Of a stretch of 64,000 nucleotides of DNA, positions 63,884-64,000 are shown piece by piece. This DNA is from Sphyrna mokarran. Its lineage: Eukaryota. The stretch's first letter is position 1. The number at the start of each line of letters is the position of its first letter. The notes under the pieces are model-generated. The model was not told the DNA's origin, made no database searches, and saw only the letters and a list, made by a program, of their open reading frames with translations. Made by a program: the position numbers and the translations under genes. The DNA is taken from contig JAGIQG010000016.1 of NCBI GenBank assembly GCA_024679065.1, forward strand, positions 36,084,001 through 36,148,000, read 5' to 3'.

Positions 63884-64000
63884 TATATGTGAGTCTTGTG
63901 GCCCAGTGGTTGACTCTGTCTCGAGATGTTGTTGTTTGAGAACTGATTTATATGTTGCTTAGTACATTCACTAAAACTAGGCAAATTTCAATGTAATATT

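Noticed and set aside
1-64000. The many 60-138 aa ORFs as genes, operon or CRISPR-like system
   Set aside because: Recognisable ones are frameshifted retroelement pieces or SINE read-throughs; the rest look random. No regular repeat-spacer array was seen.

Overview
AT-rich vertebrate non-coding DNA, most likely from a shark or other cartilaginous fish and probably intronic. This is inferred from the repeat content: CR1/HER1-type LINE fragments, HE1-like V-SINEs, SacSINE1-like Deu-SINEs, a SlmI/Meta-like SINE with its partner LINE, a Gypsy remnant, a Penelope-like remnant and palindromic MITEs. I see no intact protein-coding gene. Nearly all recognisable ORFs are decayed retroelement pieces. 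The only host-gene candidates are a possible exon at 180-361 and a 27-nt microexon at 6579-6605. I cannot support a clearly new biological system. The most notable directly visible structures are: (i) several locally templated duplications at or inside retroelements, best seen as a 384-bp copy of nearby unique DNA inside a SINE; (ii) a Penelope-like GIY-YIG remnant with a minimal hammerhead motif and an inverted 5' segment; (iii) one SINE head/core carrying two different tails; (iv) nested insertions. Repeat family names come from recalled consensus sequences, not database searches, and most repeat boundaries are approximate.
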